Shown: positions 39,464 to 40,221 of the stretch, piece after piece
Layout of the letters: every line of letters begins with the position of its first letter
How positions within the stretch are numbered: position 1 is the first letter of the stretch
From: Azolla caroliniana
Taxonomy: Eukaryota > Plantae > Polypodiophyta
Assembly: GCA_043228905.1 (NCBI GenBank)
Contig: JBHGNT010000279.1
Coordinates: forward strand, 1 to 40,221
Length of the DNA: 40,221 bases
Reading direction: 5' to 3'
Notes under the pieces: model-generated
Told to the model about the DNA's origin: nothing
Seen by the model: the letters and a program-made list of their open reading frames with translations, nothing else
The model's database searches: none
Made by a program: the position numbers and the translations under genes

Positions 39464-40221
39464 GCCTAATCAAAGTTGCTAATTTCTGCATGTCTCTCGA
39501 CCTGAGTTTCAAAATCTTGATTTTTTAAGTCCATATCATAGCTAGCATTGTTAGCTTCGATACGCATGTTTGAACACAAAAATCCGATATCACACGAGCC
39601 AGGTATGAACCTTTTAATTCACTCACGGGCTCTTCTTAACTCCCTCCTCAAAGTTGCTAATTACTTCATGTCTCTCGACCTGAGTTTCAAAATCTTGATT
39701 TTTTAATTCCATATCATAGCTAGCGTTGTTAGCTTCGATACGCATGTTTGAACACAAGAATCTGATATCACAGGAGCCAGGTATGAACATTTTAATTCAC
39801 TCACGTGCTCTTCTTAACTCCCTCCTCAAAGTTGCTAATTTCTTCATGTCTGTCGACCTGAGTTTCAAAATCTTGATTTTTTTATTCCATATCATAGGTA
39901 ACGTTGCTAGCTTCGATGCACATGTCTGAACATAAGAATCCGATATCACACGAGCCAGGTTTGAACTTTTTAATTCCATCACGGGCTCTTCTTCACTCCC
40001 TCCTCAAAGTTGCTAATTTCTTCATGTCTCTCGACCTGAGTTTCAAAATCTTGATTTTTTAAGTCCATATCATAGCTAGCGTTGTTAGCTTCGATGCGCA
40101 TGTTTGAACACAAAAATCCGATATCATAAGAGCCAGGTATGACCATTTTAATTGACTCACGGGCTCTTCTTAACTCCCTCCTCAAAGTTGCTAATGTCTT
40201 CATGTCTCTCGACCTGAGTGT

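Larger units (their letters stand above)
3044..40221. repeat. 178-bp tandem satellite array (subtelomeric, possibly centromeric type), about 210 monomers, single orientation, running off the window end
   Basis: Motifs such as tcaaagttgctaatttcttcatgtctctcgacctgagtttcaaaatcttgattttttaattccatatcatagctag and cacaaaaatccgatatcacacgagccagg recur every 178 bp. Equivalent ORF ends are also 178 apart (20279/20457; 21725/21903/22081). Confidence 0.99.

Noticed and set aside
3030-40203. Dozens of 61-84 aa minus-strand ORFs (MKLRSRDMKKLATL...) resembling a tandem small-protein family
   Set aside because: They are translations of about 1.3 satellite monomers. The 178-bp unit is not a multiple of 3, the ORFs overlap each other, many start at TTG, and they appear or vanish with single SNPs. 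One runs into the telomere. There is no recognisable domain or gene structure.
3044-40221. CRISPR-like or cassette array (conserved blocks alternating with variable blocks)
   Set aside because: The variable parts are SNP variants of the same sequence, not unique spacers. There are no cas or integrase genes, and the context is a eukaryotic telomere.
3044-40221. Arabidopsis thaliana CEN178/CEN180, suggested by the same monomer length and telomere type
   Set aside because: The sequence does not resemble the CEN178 consensus as I recall it and lacks its characteristic HindIII (AAGCTT) site. Length alone is not diagnostic.
3044-40221. 5S rDNA, tRNA-derived or other RNA-gene tandem array; telomeric retrotransposon
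   Set aside because: I see no recognisable 5S/tRNA sequence or Pol III boxes, and no LTR, poly(A) tail, long ORF or non-satellite insertion.

Overview
This is a plant-type chromosome end with no genes. Bases 1-3044 are an Arabidopsis-type telomere read as the C-strand, (CCCTAAA)n. It is irregular over the distal ~380 bp and then runs as about 380 uninterrupted units. At 3044/3045 it joins directly, with no spacer and no degenerate proximal repeats, to a head-to-tail 178-bp satellite array of about 210 monomers in one orientation, which fills the rest of the window. The satellite forms successive local higher-order repeats (HORs) of 7, 19, 24, 17, 5 and 13 monomers, traceable by diagnostic SNPs and indels. 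All listed ORFs are by-products of the repeat. I see no protein-coding system. The most interesting signals are structural: a de novo-looking telomere/satellite junction with an 11-bp inverted repeat that suggests fold-back priming of telomerase, a possible telocentric end, layered HORs, a short gene-conversion tract, and a probable ancient ~89-bp dimer inside the monomer. I could not identify the species or the satellite family. All comparisons were made by eye, so block boundaries are approximate.
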